Both the position numbers and the translations under genes were made by a program. The notes beneath the pieces are model-generated. The model was not told where the DNA came from, searched no databases, and saw only the letters and a program-made list of their open reading frames with translations. Positions 8,829 through 17,303 of a stretch of DNA of 39,418 bases are shown in pieces (position 1 is the first letter of the stretch; every line of letters begins with the position of its first letter). Source of the stretch: Pseudomonadota bacterium (GTDB lineage Bacteria > Pseudomonadota > Alphaproteobacteria > Sphingomonadales > Sphingomonadaceae); assembly GCA_039815015.1 (NCBI GenBank), contig JBCCAC010000001.1, positions 1 through 39,418 of the forward strand, in the 5' to 3' direction.

Positions 8829-10342
8829 CAGGCGGCGATCCAGCTTTCAACGCCGCCCGTGATCGACCGGCGGTACAGCAAGCCGTCCGTTCCTTCCGTG
8901 ATCTCGGCCTTCAGCGTGTCCGGGGTCCAGCCAAGGGTCAGGGTTTCGTCGTCGTCATTGGCGATGGCCGTGGTCGTGGTCCCGCCTTGGCTGCGCAGCG
9001 TCGCGCTGACCGTGTTCCCGCTTTGAACCACGACTGTGATCGGCACATCCGCCACGATCAGGCCGGGATTGAGCTGACCGACCAACGCGACCGCGCCGTT
9101 CACGGTTTCATTCGCGACCATGCCGGCCGCGGGGTGCAGCTGGTCCGCGGCGGCGGCGACCGTGACGCCGTTGCGCGTCAGCGGAACCGTATAGGCGAGG
9201 TCGAGCTGGGACGTCGCGTCGTTCCATTCATAGATCAGCGCCGCGCCTTCAAAGGGGCTGGCGATGGCCACGCCGGAATTGCCGCCGTCGCCATTGTCCG
9301 CGATGTGGATCGGCTGGGCGACGACTTGGCTCATCGCCGAGGTCGGCATCAGCGGCGACGCCTCCAGCCCCGCGCTGTCCGCGCCGGAATAGGCGGAGAT
9401 CAGCCCGACCGCCTGGACCCGCGTCGCGCCGTTCGGCTCGTAATCGGTGTCGCTCGCGCCCGTTCCCACCGGCGGATTGGCGTCGAAATCGACCGGCGAT
9501 CCAGGAGAAACGCCCGTCGCCCCGTTAATCTGCCCTTCCGCCCCGTCGCGGACGTAATAGTTCACGACCGTGTTGTTGAACGGCGCGGAGACGAAACCCG
9601 AGCGGGGCCATGTGATCCCGTCATTCGTCAGCGGCATAATCAGCCGGCTGTCGTAGAACCGGCCATGCGGCTGCAAATCCATATTGGCGTTGTGGCAGGC
9701 CATCACCGGATTGCTCGCTTCGATGATGTATTCGACGTTTCCGTCGGTGTAGAGCCGCCGGTACTCCCAGGGCGCGAGCGCGATGTTCTCCTGGCCGCGC
9801 ACGACCGCGCCATCGCCGAATTTCAGCGCGATGACGCTGTCCAGCGGGCCGTTGACGATGTGGACCCACCCCTGGTTCCCGCCTGTCCCGCCGGGGCTGT
9901 AGGCGTTGCAGTTCCGAAAGCCGAAAAAAAACGTGAAGGTGAAGCTGAGCCCGAAGGACAGCAGCGGCATCGGGCTTTCATCCGCGCCGTCCACGCATTC
10001 GGAAAAGCCGTAGAACCCTTGCGTCGCGGTGATGATCGCGCCGTTCGCGAGGCCGGTGAAACAGATCGGCTCGCCCCGCCCCATGAACTCGCGATGCAGG
10101 ACATCGCCCGCGTTGAAGTCCGCGCCGGACGCATAGACCTCGACGACATTGCCAGCGCCCAAGCTGACGCCCTGGACCTTGCCCGACGTCGTGTAGCCGA
10201 CGGCCAGCACCGTCCGCGCCGGCTGGCCCGCATTGGCGAGGAGGCTTTGCTCCAGCCCTAGGGTCGATCCGGCCGCAATGGCCCCGGCCTCATCCGCCGA
10301 CACGCCCCCGCCCGAACCGCTGGAGACGCCGACTGCAAGCAA
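8828..10342 (-). CDS. Beta-rich putative virion/adhesin protein (~504 aa)
   Basis: Long ORF; likely TTG start at 10342 after a GGGGAG RBS; first gene of the late operon. Confidence 0.7.
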   Translation of the reverse strand: MLAVGVSSGSGGGVSADEAGAIAAGSTLGLEQSLLANAGQPARTVLAVGYTTSGKVQGVSLGAGNVVEVYASGADFNAGDVLHREFMGRGEPICFTGLANGAIITATQGFYGFSECVDGADESPMPLLSFGLSFTFTFFFGFRNCNAYSPGGTGGNQGWVHIVNGPLDSVIALKFGDGAVVRGQENIALAPWEYRRLYTDGNVEYIIEASNPVMACHNANMDLQPHGRFYDSRLIMPLTNDGITWPRSGFVSAPFNNTVVNYYVRDGAEGQINGATGVSPGSPVDFDANPPVGTGASDTDYEPNGATRVQAVGLISAYSGADSAGLEASPLMPTSAMSQVVAQPIHIADNGDGGNSGVAIASPFEGAALIYEWNDATSQLDLAYTVPLTRNGVTVAAAADQLHPAAGMVANETVNGAVALVGQLNPGLIVADVPITVVVQSGNTVSATLRSQGGTTTTAIANDDDETLTLGWTPDTLKAEITEGTDGLLYRRSITGGVESWIAA

Positions 10343-10356
10343 GACCCGCACTCCCC

Positions 10357-10396
10357 AAAAACGAAAACCCCGCAGCGCGCCCAAACGCTGCGGGGT
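10357..10396 (-). terminator. Intrinsic terminator in the late-operon leader
   Basis: 11-bp stem ACCCCGCAGCG/CGCTGCGGGGT followed on the minus strand by TTTCGTTTTT. Confidence 0.7.
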
Positions 10397-10473
10397 CCAC
10401 ATAGTCGCGATGGCCGGAGAACCATGTCGCTAAACCCGAAGCCCAGGCGCACCTCGGGCGGGATCTAAAAGTG

Positions 10474-10502
10474 AGCTTTGTTCACCGCGTGTTCCGGGTC
10501 AA
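10474..10502 (-). promoter_or_regulatory. Putative late promoter TTGACC-N17-AAAGCT containing a LexA-type box (GTTC-N7-GTTC, 10480-10494)
   Basis: Read directly from the sequence; matches the alphaproteobacterial SOS box consensus. Confidence 0.6.
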
Positions 10503-10975
10503 GCGGCGTTCTGTTTGTAAACCTGGAGCGGCCGCGGCTGGTCCTTTCGGTCCGGCGCAATGCGCTCCAGCCCGCGCGCCAGCCGCCGCGCGTCGCGCTC
10601 GTTCGGCATCAGTGCGGCGCAGCAAACGTCGATGCACAGGCCCGCATAGGGGCCGAGCGCCCGGCACTGGTCGCGGAACCGCCGTTCGGCGTCGGTCGTG
10701 CCAAGGCTTTCCGCGCCGCGGCCGCGCGGCTCGTCGCCCCAATTCGCCGTATGCTTCGGCGCGATGCCGGCGCGCATCCACAGCACCGACAGCGCCGTCC
10801 CGGCGTCGTAAAGGTCCGGGGTCAGATACGGCCGCTGCGTCAGCGGATCGACTATCTCGACCAGCGCGTCCAGCGGATGCGCATAGCGCTGCCGCATGGC
10901 GAACACGCCGGCGTCGTCGGTCTCGATCGCATGCGCTTGGCAAACGGCCAGCATCATGTCGCGCTTTGTGGTCAT
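10499..10975 (-). CDS. DUF6456-like late regulator (Q-analogue/antiterminator candidate)
   Basis: A.RR.....ALGP....DVCC......L..GL..IA pattern; last early gene before the late operon. Confidence 0.6.
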   Translation of the reverse strand: MTTKRDMMLAVCQAHAIETDDAGVFAMRQRYAHPLDALVEIVDPLTQRPYLTPDLYDAGTALSVLWMRAGIAPKHTANWGDEPRGRGAESLGTTDAERRFRDQCRALGPYAGLCIDVCCAALMPNERDARRLARGLERIAPDRKDQPRPLQVYKQNAA

Positions 10976-11178
10976 TGCGCGGCCTTCCTGCGGGTGTCCT
11001 CGGCGAGAATGCGCCGCGCCAGCTCAACCCAGGCGTCCCAAGATGCGCCGCAGCCTTCCCGCCAGTTGAATTCCCAGGACGGATCGTCGCTCTCTGGGTC
11101 GTGGGTGGTGATCCCAAAGCCGTGTGCTCCAGGTAAGTCGAACTCGACGGTGGTTGGGTAGTCTTTGTCGTTCGTCAT
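10972..11178 (-). CDS. Hypothetical 68-aa protein, paralogue of 21934-22131
   Basis: MTNDKD...DLPGAHGFGITT...WEFNWREGCGASWDAWVELARRIL; ATGA-coupled. Confidence 0.8.
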   Translation of the reverse strand: MTNDKDYPTTVEFDLPGAHGFGITTHDPESDDPSWEFNWREGCGASWDAWVELARRILAEDTRRKAAQ

Positions 11179-11366
11179 AGGTGGCCTTTCATCAGGCTCG
11201 GCTTCACGAAGCCGGCTTGGATTTGGAGATGCTTTGCGACGTCCAGCGCTTGCTCGGGAGTGAGGGCGAACTCGAACTCGCCGTCGTTGACGCTGACCTC
11301 GATCAGCTTCTTCGCGCTGTTCGTGCGCAGGCCGACCTGCGACCGCTGATCCCGAGCCTTGGTCAT
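11175..11366 (-). CDS. Hypothetical 63-aa protein
   Basis: ATGA-coupled, GGAG RBS. Confidence 0.65.
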   Translation of the reverse strand: MTKARDQRSQVGLRTNSAKKLIEVSVNDGEFEFALTPEQALDVAKHLQIQAGFVKPSLMKGHL

Positions 11367-11599
11367 CGGCTGCTCCGTTTCTCGGCATGATGGAGGAGTA
11401 GGCCGCGCGCCGCGACGAACGTCTCCGGCTCAGCCAAAGCTGACAGTAGATTTTCGAGATTGCTCAGCTCACCTCGGGTCGCTCTCTGCGCGAGAGACCC
11501 TAGCTCGGAGGTGCGGGCCGCATGTTCGGCCGCCTCGCGCGTGCTGAACCAGCGGTCGCAGTAGCGGTAGCGCGTGGCTTCTTCGATGTCCTTGGTCAC
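11363..11599 (-). CDS. Hypothetical 78-aa protein (MTKDIEEATRY...)
   Basis: GTGA-coupled start at 11599, GAGGG RBS. Confidence 0.6.
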   Translation of the reverse strand: MTKDIEEATRYRYCDRWFSTREAAEHAARTSELGSLAQRATRGELSNLENLLSALAEPETFVAARGLLLHHAEKRSSR

Positions 11600-11787
11600 G
11601 CGCGGCCCTCCAGCTTGTCGGCCAGGGCGAAGAGCCGTTTCGCCAGCACGCGCGCCCGGTTCGGCGCCGTAATCCGCGCTTCGCTGACCTTTCCGGTCGC
11701 CGCATCGCAAGCGTAGACCCCGATGACCATGCGGCCGGTGGGGGTCTCGTCGATCTGCGCGACGACGTCGTTGTATTCCATCCGCAT
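11596..11787 (-). CDS. Hypothetical 63-aa protein
   Basis: TGATG-coupled to the helicase. Confidence 0.6.
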   Translation of the reverse strand: MRMEYNDVVAQIDETPTGRMVIGVYACDAATGKVSEARITAPNRARVLAKRLFALADKLEGRA

Positions 11788-13325
11788 CAGGCGTCCTCTC
11801 TCGGTACGGGGTTAACGCCGCCGCCGTAGCGGGGGCCGTCGAGCGAGCGGTAGGCGTTGCGCTCGCGGTCGAAGTCCAAATTCCAGACACGCTCGTAGCC
11901 CAGCTCTTGGAACCGGCTTTTCGCGACGATGAACTGCGCTTCCGTGACCTGCTGGTTCGTCTCGCGATCCCATTTGCGCTCGCGGTGGACGACGAAGCCC
12001 TGATCGGGGCGGTTCTCCCAATGCTTCGACCCGCTGATGTCGCCCAGCGTCGGCGCGACGAACTTGCTGGTCTGCGGGTTGAAGGCGTTCGCGCGCTTCG
12101 CGGGATGCGCGAGCACCATCAGATGCACGCCCAGATCGCGGACGAACTCCATCAGCGCCGTCAGCGCACGGCCGATGTATTCCGTCTCGCTCTCGCGCGG
12201 ATGCCGCGCATGCTCCAGCCGGTTCCAGGGGTCGACGATCAGCAGCTGACAGCCGTCGCGGACGGCCGCCGCCTCGAGCGTGTCGAGCATCCACTGGAAG
12301 CCCGGAATGTCCCGCGGATGCTGGATGAACCGATAGGCGTCGTCGATCCACGCGTCGGCCGCGCGCTCCTCCTCGGCCGTTAAATCCTGCCATCGCTTGC
12401 CGACGCAGAACCCGCGCAGCAGCCGCTGGTAATGCGGTTTGACCGGCGTTTCGAACGACGCCATGCCGACGCGGACCTCATGGCGCTGGGCGACGCGGTA
12501 GGCCAGCTGCGCGCTGAAATGCGTCTTGCCCATGCCCGGCTCGCCGGTCATCACGCTGAACAGCCCCGGCGCCAGCGCGAAGCGGTCTTCCCATTCGTCG
12601 AACAGATGCGACCAGACCGTCAGCGGCGGGCGGTCCGGCACCTCCGACAGCCGGAACAGGCCCTCGATCCGCCACGGCCGCGCCTCGATCTCACACCATT
12701 CGCGGAACGCCGTCGGCCCGAGCGCGCGCAGCGCGTCGTTCGCGTCTTTGCAGCCCTTCGGCCAGTCCAGATCCCGGACGGTCGCGAGGCCGAAGACGCG
12801 CGCCAAGGCCGTCTTGAGCGCCTTGCCCTGGTCGTCCATGTCGCCGGCCAGAACGATCTCCTTGCCCGCCAACCGGCCGCACATCGCTTCGCGGGCCGGC
12901 GCGAACCGGGCGTCGGTTTCGACGTCGGCGTCCACGTCCGACGGATTAGCGCCGGCCGTCCAGGCGACGGCCTCCAGGCCGACTTCGGCGATCGACAGCG
13001 CGTCCATTTCGCCCTCGGTCACGTACACCCGCCCGTCGCCCGGCGTGACCAGATGCTCCAGGCCGAACCAGTAGCTTTCGCCGCCCTTTTGCTGGGCGAA
13101 CGCCTTGCGGCCGAGCGCGCGGTATTTGACCCCGACGACCTCGCCGGCGCGCCAATACGGGAAGGCGAGCGCGTCTTCACCCTGCAGCTCCGAAGGCTTG
13201 CAGGCGGCGACGCCGGCCCGATCCGAAGTCTCTCGGCTGATGCTGCGGCTCGCCAGAAACTGATCCGCCTGCGGTGTCGCAGTGGTTGCAGAAGTATCGG
13301 ACGCCGTCTCCGTCGACGTGGACAT
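11787..13325 (-). CDS. TOPRIM primase + SF4 (DnaB/T7 gp4/Twinkle-like) helicase lacking the Zn-binding domain
   Basis: VTEGEMDALS, D.D..G, KDAND, Walker A GEPGMGKT, IVDPWN, LAHPAK, DISGS. Start uncertain (ATG 13325 or GTG 13352). Confidence 0.9.
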   Translation of the reverse strand: MSTSTETASDTSATTATPQADQFLASRSISRETSDRAGVAACKPSELQGEDALAFPYWRAGEVVGVKYRALGRKAFAQQKGGESYWFGLEHLVTPGDGRVYVTEGEMDALSIAEVGLEAVAWTAGANPSDVDADVETDARFAPAREAMCGRLAGKEIVLAGDMDDQGKALKTALARVFGLATVRDLDWPKGCKDANDALRALGPTAFREWCEIEARPWRIEGLFRLSEVPDRPPLTVWSHLFDEWEDRFALAPGLFSVMTGEPGMGKTHFSAQLAYRVAQRHEVRVGMASFETPVKPHYQRLLRGFCVGKRWQDLTAEEERAADAWIDDAYRFIQHPRDIPGFQWMLDTLEAAAVRDGCQLLIVDPWNRLEHARHPRESETEYIGRALTALMEFVRDLGVHLMVLAHPAKRANAFNPQTSKFVAPTLGDISGSKHWENRPDQGFVVHRERKWDRETNQQVTEAQFIVAKSRFQELGYERVWNLDFDRERNAYRSLDGPRYGGGVNPVPREDA

Positions 13326-13449
13326 GCAAAACTCTCGCTTTCCGGTTTGCACCTGTGCGCGTTGGGCTGCAATTTGGGCATGTGCGATAATGATCGCCGG
13401 GCGGCAGGCGCTTCAATTCGGCGACGTCTTGATCGGATAATCGCTGCAT
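13177..13449 (-). CDS. Stand-alone primase zinc-binding domain
   Basis: RTCPNCS...R....L.V......YFCNHC; TAATG-coupled to the initiator. Confidence 0.8.
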   Translation of the reverse strand: MQRLSDQDVAELKRLPPGDHYRTCPNCSPTRTGANRKARVLHVHVDGDGVRYFCNHCDTAGGSVSGEPQHQPRDFGSGRRRRLQAFGAAG

Positions 13450-14168
13450 TACACGACCCCTGCAGTCGGGTCGGGGTGCAATACAACGACGTCGGCGGCC
13501 TGTTGTGCGCGAATACCGTCACCGATGATTTGCTGGTGTTTCTTTTCCAGCATGCGCGGGACCTTGAAGAACCAGTTCTCTCGGCGGTTCCCCTGGACCA
13601 GCCATGCGTCGATGCCGGTCAGCTCGGTCACGAGGTCGAGGGTGTAGTAGGCGCTGCCCCATCGGCGGAACTGCGCGTCGTCGATGCGGATCACTTCGCC
13701 TTCGAAGGCGTAGGCCGCCGCCCTATCCGACCGTAGGGAGGATAGGTCTTTCTCTGTATCTAACTCTGTATCTGTATCTCTCTCTGGGGCGTCACCTTGC
13801 GTCACAGGCGCGTCACAGCGCGTCTCTTTGCGTCTCCGCTCCCTGTAAGCCCTTGTTCTTTCAGCGCTGCTGTCTTCGCGCTTTGGCTGGCGCTTTTCCC
13901 AGTTGATCCAGCGCCCGCCGTCGAGGACGCGGCCTTCCATCGCCAAAAGGATCGCTGCGGCCGCTTCTTCCGTCACATCGAGCACGCTTGCGACGGTCTC
14001 TGCGTCACACTGCGTCACACCGCGTTCGTCCTCGTTCGCGCTGGCGTTCGTCAGGAGGAACGTCGCCGCGGCGATCACCGTCGCGAGCGGCTGACCCGAG
14101 GTGCGCGCAACGCTGCGCCACTTAGGGTCGGTCGGCATGTCGTGCCAAAGGCGGAGCCATTCCATCAC
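13449..14168 (-). CDS. Replication initiator (lambda O-like organisation)
   Basis: WLRLWHDMPTDPKW N-terminus, NWEKRQ..SAERTRAYRER linker, internal iterons. Confidence 0.8.
   Translation of the reverse strand: MMEWLRLWHDMPTDPKWRSVARTSGQPLATVIAAATFLLTNASANEDERGVTQCDAETVASVLDVTEEAAAAILLAMEGRVLDGGRWINWEKRQPKREDSSAERTRAYRERRRKETRCDAPVTQGDAPERDTDTELDTEKDLSSLRSDRAAAYAFEGEVIRIDDAQFRRWGSAYYTLDLVTELTGIDAWLVQGNRRENWFFKVPRMLEKKHQQIIGDGIRAQQAADVVVLHPDPTAGVV
13748..14020. promoter_or_regulatory. Putative replication origin (GCGTCAC iterons plus AT-rich TCTGTA tract)
   Basis: GCGTCAC at 13789, 13799, 13810; GCGTCTC at 13820, 13830 (about 10-bp period); TGCGTCACAC twice at 14001-14020; TCTGTA repeats within 13748-13785. 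Confidence 0.65.
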
Positions 14169-14629
14169 GCGGCCTCCGCTTGGCGGCGCCGGATCGGGCC
14201 GGCGTAATTTTCGTCGAGCCGGGCGTAGAGCTGCGCGATCTGGGCGTCGTCCATAAGGCGCGGCATGGGGTCGTCCGGCGGCGGCGTTATGAGATCGAAG
14301 CGGCAGTCTTTCGTGTTTTCCGGCAAGCGCAGCGCGACACGCGTGTGGTAGATGTGGCTAAGCGACAGCCCGGTCGCCGCCGCGATTTCAGCGTCGGTTT
14401 GCCCGCGGCGCACTCGGCTGCCGACGCGCGCGCGGGTGCGGGCGCCGTCCCGCTCAAGACGCGGCTTTAGGCCAAGCTGCCTAACCGTCGCGTGGATGGC
14501 TTGGCGGGTGACGCCGAAATGCTTCGCGGCCTCCGTTTGGCTCCAGCCCGCGTCTATCATTTTGCGCAGGGTCAAAAGGTCGATGATCCGCGGGCCGGCG
14601 GCCGGCGGTCTAGGGCGTGGGCTCGACAT
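14165..14629 (-). CDS. Double-HTH DNA-binding protein
   Basis: GWSQTEAAKHFGVTRQAI and GQTDAEIAAATGLS. Confidence 0.7.
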   Translation of the reverse strand: MSSPRPRPPAAGPRIIDLLTLRKMIDAGWSQTEAAKHFGVTRQAIHATVRQLGLKPRLERDGARTRARVGSRVRRGQTDAEIAAATGLSLSHIYHTRVALRLPENTKDCRFDLITPPPDDPMPRLMDDAQIAQLYARLDENYAGPIRRRQAEAA

Positions 14630-14957
14630 GGGGGTCCTCCGTTTGCGCGATGATCCGCATGACCTCTTCTGGCGTGCGGGCGATCCCCGCCGCGCCGCCG
14701 AAGCGGGCGATGTCTTCGAGGCATTGGCGCTGCGCCTCGCTGGCCGTGTTGCGGCCGGCCTTCAGCTCGACCGCGAACAGCCGGCCGTTGCGCACGCCGA
14801 GGATGTCCGGCGCGCCGGGGCGCATGCCGAGGCGCTTCAGCTTCTGCGCGACGGCGGGGTGGCGGACGCCTTCATTCGCCGGATGCGTCCACCACAGATC
14901 CCGGCGCCAGCGCAGCAGGTCCGCGACCGCGGCCTGCAGCTGTTCTTCGGGCTTCAT
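14610..14957 (-). CDS. VRR-NUC family nuclease/Holliday junction resolvase
   Basis: E..LQ, H.ANEG, G.RPG.PD, ELK...S..Q. Confidence 0.85.
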   Translation of the reverse strand: MKPEEQLQAAVADLLRWRRDLWWTHPANEGVRHPAVAQKLKRLGMRPGAPDILGVRNGRLFAVELKAGRNTASEAQRQCLEDIARFGGAAGIARTPEEVMRIIAQTEDPHVEPTP

Positions 14958-15397
14958 TCGGCGGCTTCGTTCGCCGCGCCGATCTGCGCCGCAGCGTGAA
15001 ACAGGTCGCCGGCGCCGATCCTGACCGCGTCCGCAAGCGGGGCGATTTCATTCGCCTCGCAGGGCGTGACGAACCGATCCTCGACCGCCCGCAGAACGGT
15101 GTCGCTCATATCGGCGAAATCGCGGCTGATCTGGCGCAGCAGCGGAATGTCGATCTGCGGCGCCGGCGGCGTCGGGCCTTGCCCGGCATGCTCGCGCGTG
15201 CAGTCGTAGTCGCCGGTCGCTTCCTCCAGCGCGCACAGCGCGTCGAACGGGATGCGGTTCAGCGCGTTGGCGGTGCGCCATGCCCGGGCCACGCCCTCCG
15301 ACACGCCGCAGATCAGGCCGACCGCGCGACACCCGCCCGCCTTCTCGTAAAGCCGGATCAGATGCCACTTCGTGCGCTTTTCGCGGGGGCTCAACAT
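14954..15397 (-). CDS. CII-like regulatory protein
   Basis: Follows cro; HTH-like N-terminus and D..VTP.EA.EI motif. Confidence 0.55.
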   Translation of the reverse strand: MLSPREKRTKWHLIRLYEKAGGCRAVGLICGVSEGVARAWRTANALNRIPFDALCALEEATGDYDCTREHAGQGPTPPAPQIDIPLLRQISRDFADMSDTVLRAVEDRFVTPCEANEIAPLADAVRIGAGDLFHAAAQIGAANEAAE

Positions 15398-15464
15398 TCG
15401 GAAAACGCCTTTTGGTTAAAGCGCGCCGCGCCCGTCATGCTGGGGCGCATGCGGGCTGTGGGGG

Positions 15465-15689
15465 TCAGGGGATGAGGTGTTCCGTGTGCTCGGTTGGGCG
15501 GCGCCGCCCGTGGGGAAAGGCGACGCGGTCGACCCGCTCCATAAGGCGGACGCTCGGCGGCGCGCCGGCTTTCCAGCGTGACCACGTCGAACGATTGACG
15601 CCGGCCGCACGCAAAACCGCGGCGACGCTGGACCCGTCCACCTTCACCTGCGCTTCAACGCGCGCAATCCATTCGCTAACGTCAAACAT
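15465..15689 (-). CDS. cro: Cro-like repressor
   Basis: 74 aa HTH (AAGVNRSTWSRWKAG..P), divergent from cI. Confidence 0.8.
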   Translation of the reverse strand: MFDVSEWIARVEAQVKVDGSSVAAVLRAAGVNRSTWSRWKAGAPPSVRLMERVDRVAFPHGRRRPTEHTEHLIP

Positions 15690-15692
15690 GCG

Positions 15693-15739
15693 GCGCATTA
15701 TTGCGCTTATTGCGCCACCCGGCAAGCGCAACATTGCCT
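15693..15739. promoter_or_regulatory. OR-like operators GCGCA-N4-TGCGC (15693-15706, 15726-15739)
   Basis: Palindromic 14-mers between cro and cI; the same motif occurs after cI. Confidence 0.65.
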
Positions 15740-15775
15740 GACGTCATGGCGCCGGCGCATTGGCATAGTCCGGGA

Positions 15776-16525
15776 ATGAACGACACCTATGGCCCAGACG
15801 GTTATGATCCGCCGGCGATACGCGCCTGGATCAGCCGTATTTGCGAGGCCGCAGACCTGTCGCCGACCGCGCTTGCGAAGAAAGCCAAGCTGTCTGCGTC
15901 GACAATCAATCGCTTTATGAAGCCAAGCTGGCCCGGCAACCTTACGCTGGACACGCTAGAGCGCCTTGAAAAGGCCGCAATAGATCATCTCAATAGCAAT
16001 CATGACGTTATGCATGGCGCAGAGATGGCCGGGTTTATTGAGACGTCGCAAGACGTGCGACGCCGCGAAGGCGTCACACCATCCCATATGCCGAACTCAG
16101 AACATGAGATTACGCTTATACCTGTATTTAGTCAGGAGATTTCGGCTGGCGACGGCGCATTTGCGTTTGACGAAGACTTTGCGAAAGACGTTTTCGCATT
16201 TTCGAGTTCTGAATTGAGCCGCATCACAGACAACACAAAAAATACGCTGGCGCTTGTTAAAGTCGCTGGCGACAGCATGTGGCCGACACTGCATGATGGT
16301 GATCAGGCTTTAGTCGACCATTCTGTTCGGCGACTTGGACGAGACGGCATATATATTATTCGCGCCGGCGTGACCGACGACATTCAGGTCAAAAGAATAC
16401 AGCACGAACCGCGCGGAACAGTGGCGATCATTTCTGACAACGCGCAGTACCGAACCTATGACGGCGTCGATCCAGGCGATTTGGCCGTGATAGGACGCGT
16501 AGTTTGGATCGGCCGAAAGGTGTAA
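15776..16525 (+). CDS. cI: CI-like repressor (HTH + S24 autopeptidase)
   Basis: HTH LAKKAKLSASTINRF, SAG cleavage site, GDSM and VKR catalytic motifs. Start could be 15746. Confidence 0.92.
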   Translation: MNDTYGPDGYDPPAIRAWISRICEAADLSPTALAKKAKLSASTINRFMKPSWPGNLTLDTLERLEKAAIDHLNSNHDVMHGAEMAGFIETSQDVRRREGVTPSHMPNSEHEITLIPVFSQEISAGDGAFAFDEDFAKDVFAFSSSELSRITDNTKNTLALVKVAGDSMWPTLHDGDQALVDHSVRRLGRDGIYIIRAGVTDDIQVKRIQHEPRGTVAIISDNAQYRTYDGVDPGDLAVIGRVVWIGRKV

Positions 16526-16573
16526 GGGCAAAAATGCGCTTGATCTTGCGCTCAGAGTAGCGCAATAATGCAC
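16526..16573 (+). promoter_or_regulatory. OL-like operators (16526-16539, 16560-16573) flanking a PL-like promoter
   Basis: GGGCAAAAATGCGC and GCGCAATAATGCAC with TTGATC/TTGCGC -35 candidates between them. Confidence 0.6.
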
Positions 16574-16597
16574 TCCGTTACCTAACGGAGGCGGCGC

Positions 16598-17290
16598 ATG
16601 GCGCATCTCAGCACACACAGTTTTCAAGGCGCGGATCTGCGCGTCATCGAGCGTGACGGCGGCGTCTGGTTTATCGCCAGCGACCTAGCCAGGGCCCTCG
16701 GATATCGCGACGCTGAAAAGCTGACGCGCATTCTCGACGACGATCACAAGGGTACCCGGAAAGTGGGTACCCCTGGCGGAGACCAGGACGTCACCGTCGT
16801 GTCGGAGCCGGGGATGTACCGGGCGGTGATGCGCTCGCAGCGCACCGAGGCGAAAGCGTTTGAGCGTTGGGTGATCGGCGACGTGCTGCCAGCCATCCGG
16901 CAGACGGGCGCTTACGTCGCGCCGGCTTACGACCTTCCCGCCACGCATGCCGAAGCGCTGCGCGCCTATGCCGACGAGGTCGAGGCGCACGAAGCGACCC
17001 AAAAGCGCCTTGCGCTTGTTGAAGCCAAGGCCGGCGCCCGCGCCGACCGTTCGTCCGCCGTCGCGTTCGCCGCGGCGCGTGGCTTCCAGTTCCCAAACTC
17101 AAAACTGACGACGCTTTCAAAGCGCGCCCGAAAGGTCGCGCAACAGCACGGCCGCTGCCCGGAGCGCGTCCACGACGAACGCTGGCCCAACGGCGTCCTG
17201 ATCCACGCAACCCAAGACCTCGCCGCCGCGTGGGTCTCGCTGGGCTGGCCTGATGCGCCAGCCCTGCCGACCGATGCGGCGGTTCAGTAG
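16598..17290 (+). CDS. BRO-N domain antirepressor
   Basis: WFIASDLARALGY, TPGG.Q....VSEPG.Y, F..WV..DVLPAIR.TG.Y; GGAGG RBS. Confidence 0.9.
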   Translation: MAHLSTHSFQGADLRVIERDGGVWFIASDLARALGYRDAEKLTRILDDDHKGTRKVGTPGGDQDVTVVSEPGMYRAVMRSQRTEAKAFERWVIGDVLPAIRQTGAYVAPAYDLPATHAEALRAYADEVEAHEATQKRLALVEAKAGARADRSSAVAFAAARGFQFPNSKLTTLSKRARKVAQQHGRCPERVHDERWPNGVLIHATQDLAAAWVSLGWPDAPALPTDAAVQ

Positions 17291-17303
17291 GAGCGCCCAG
17301 CCC

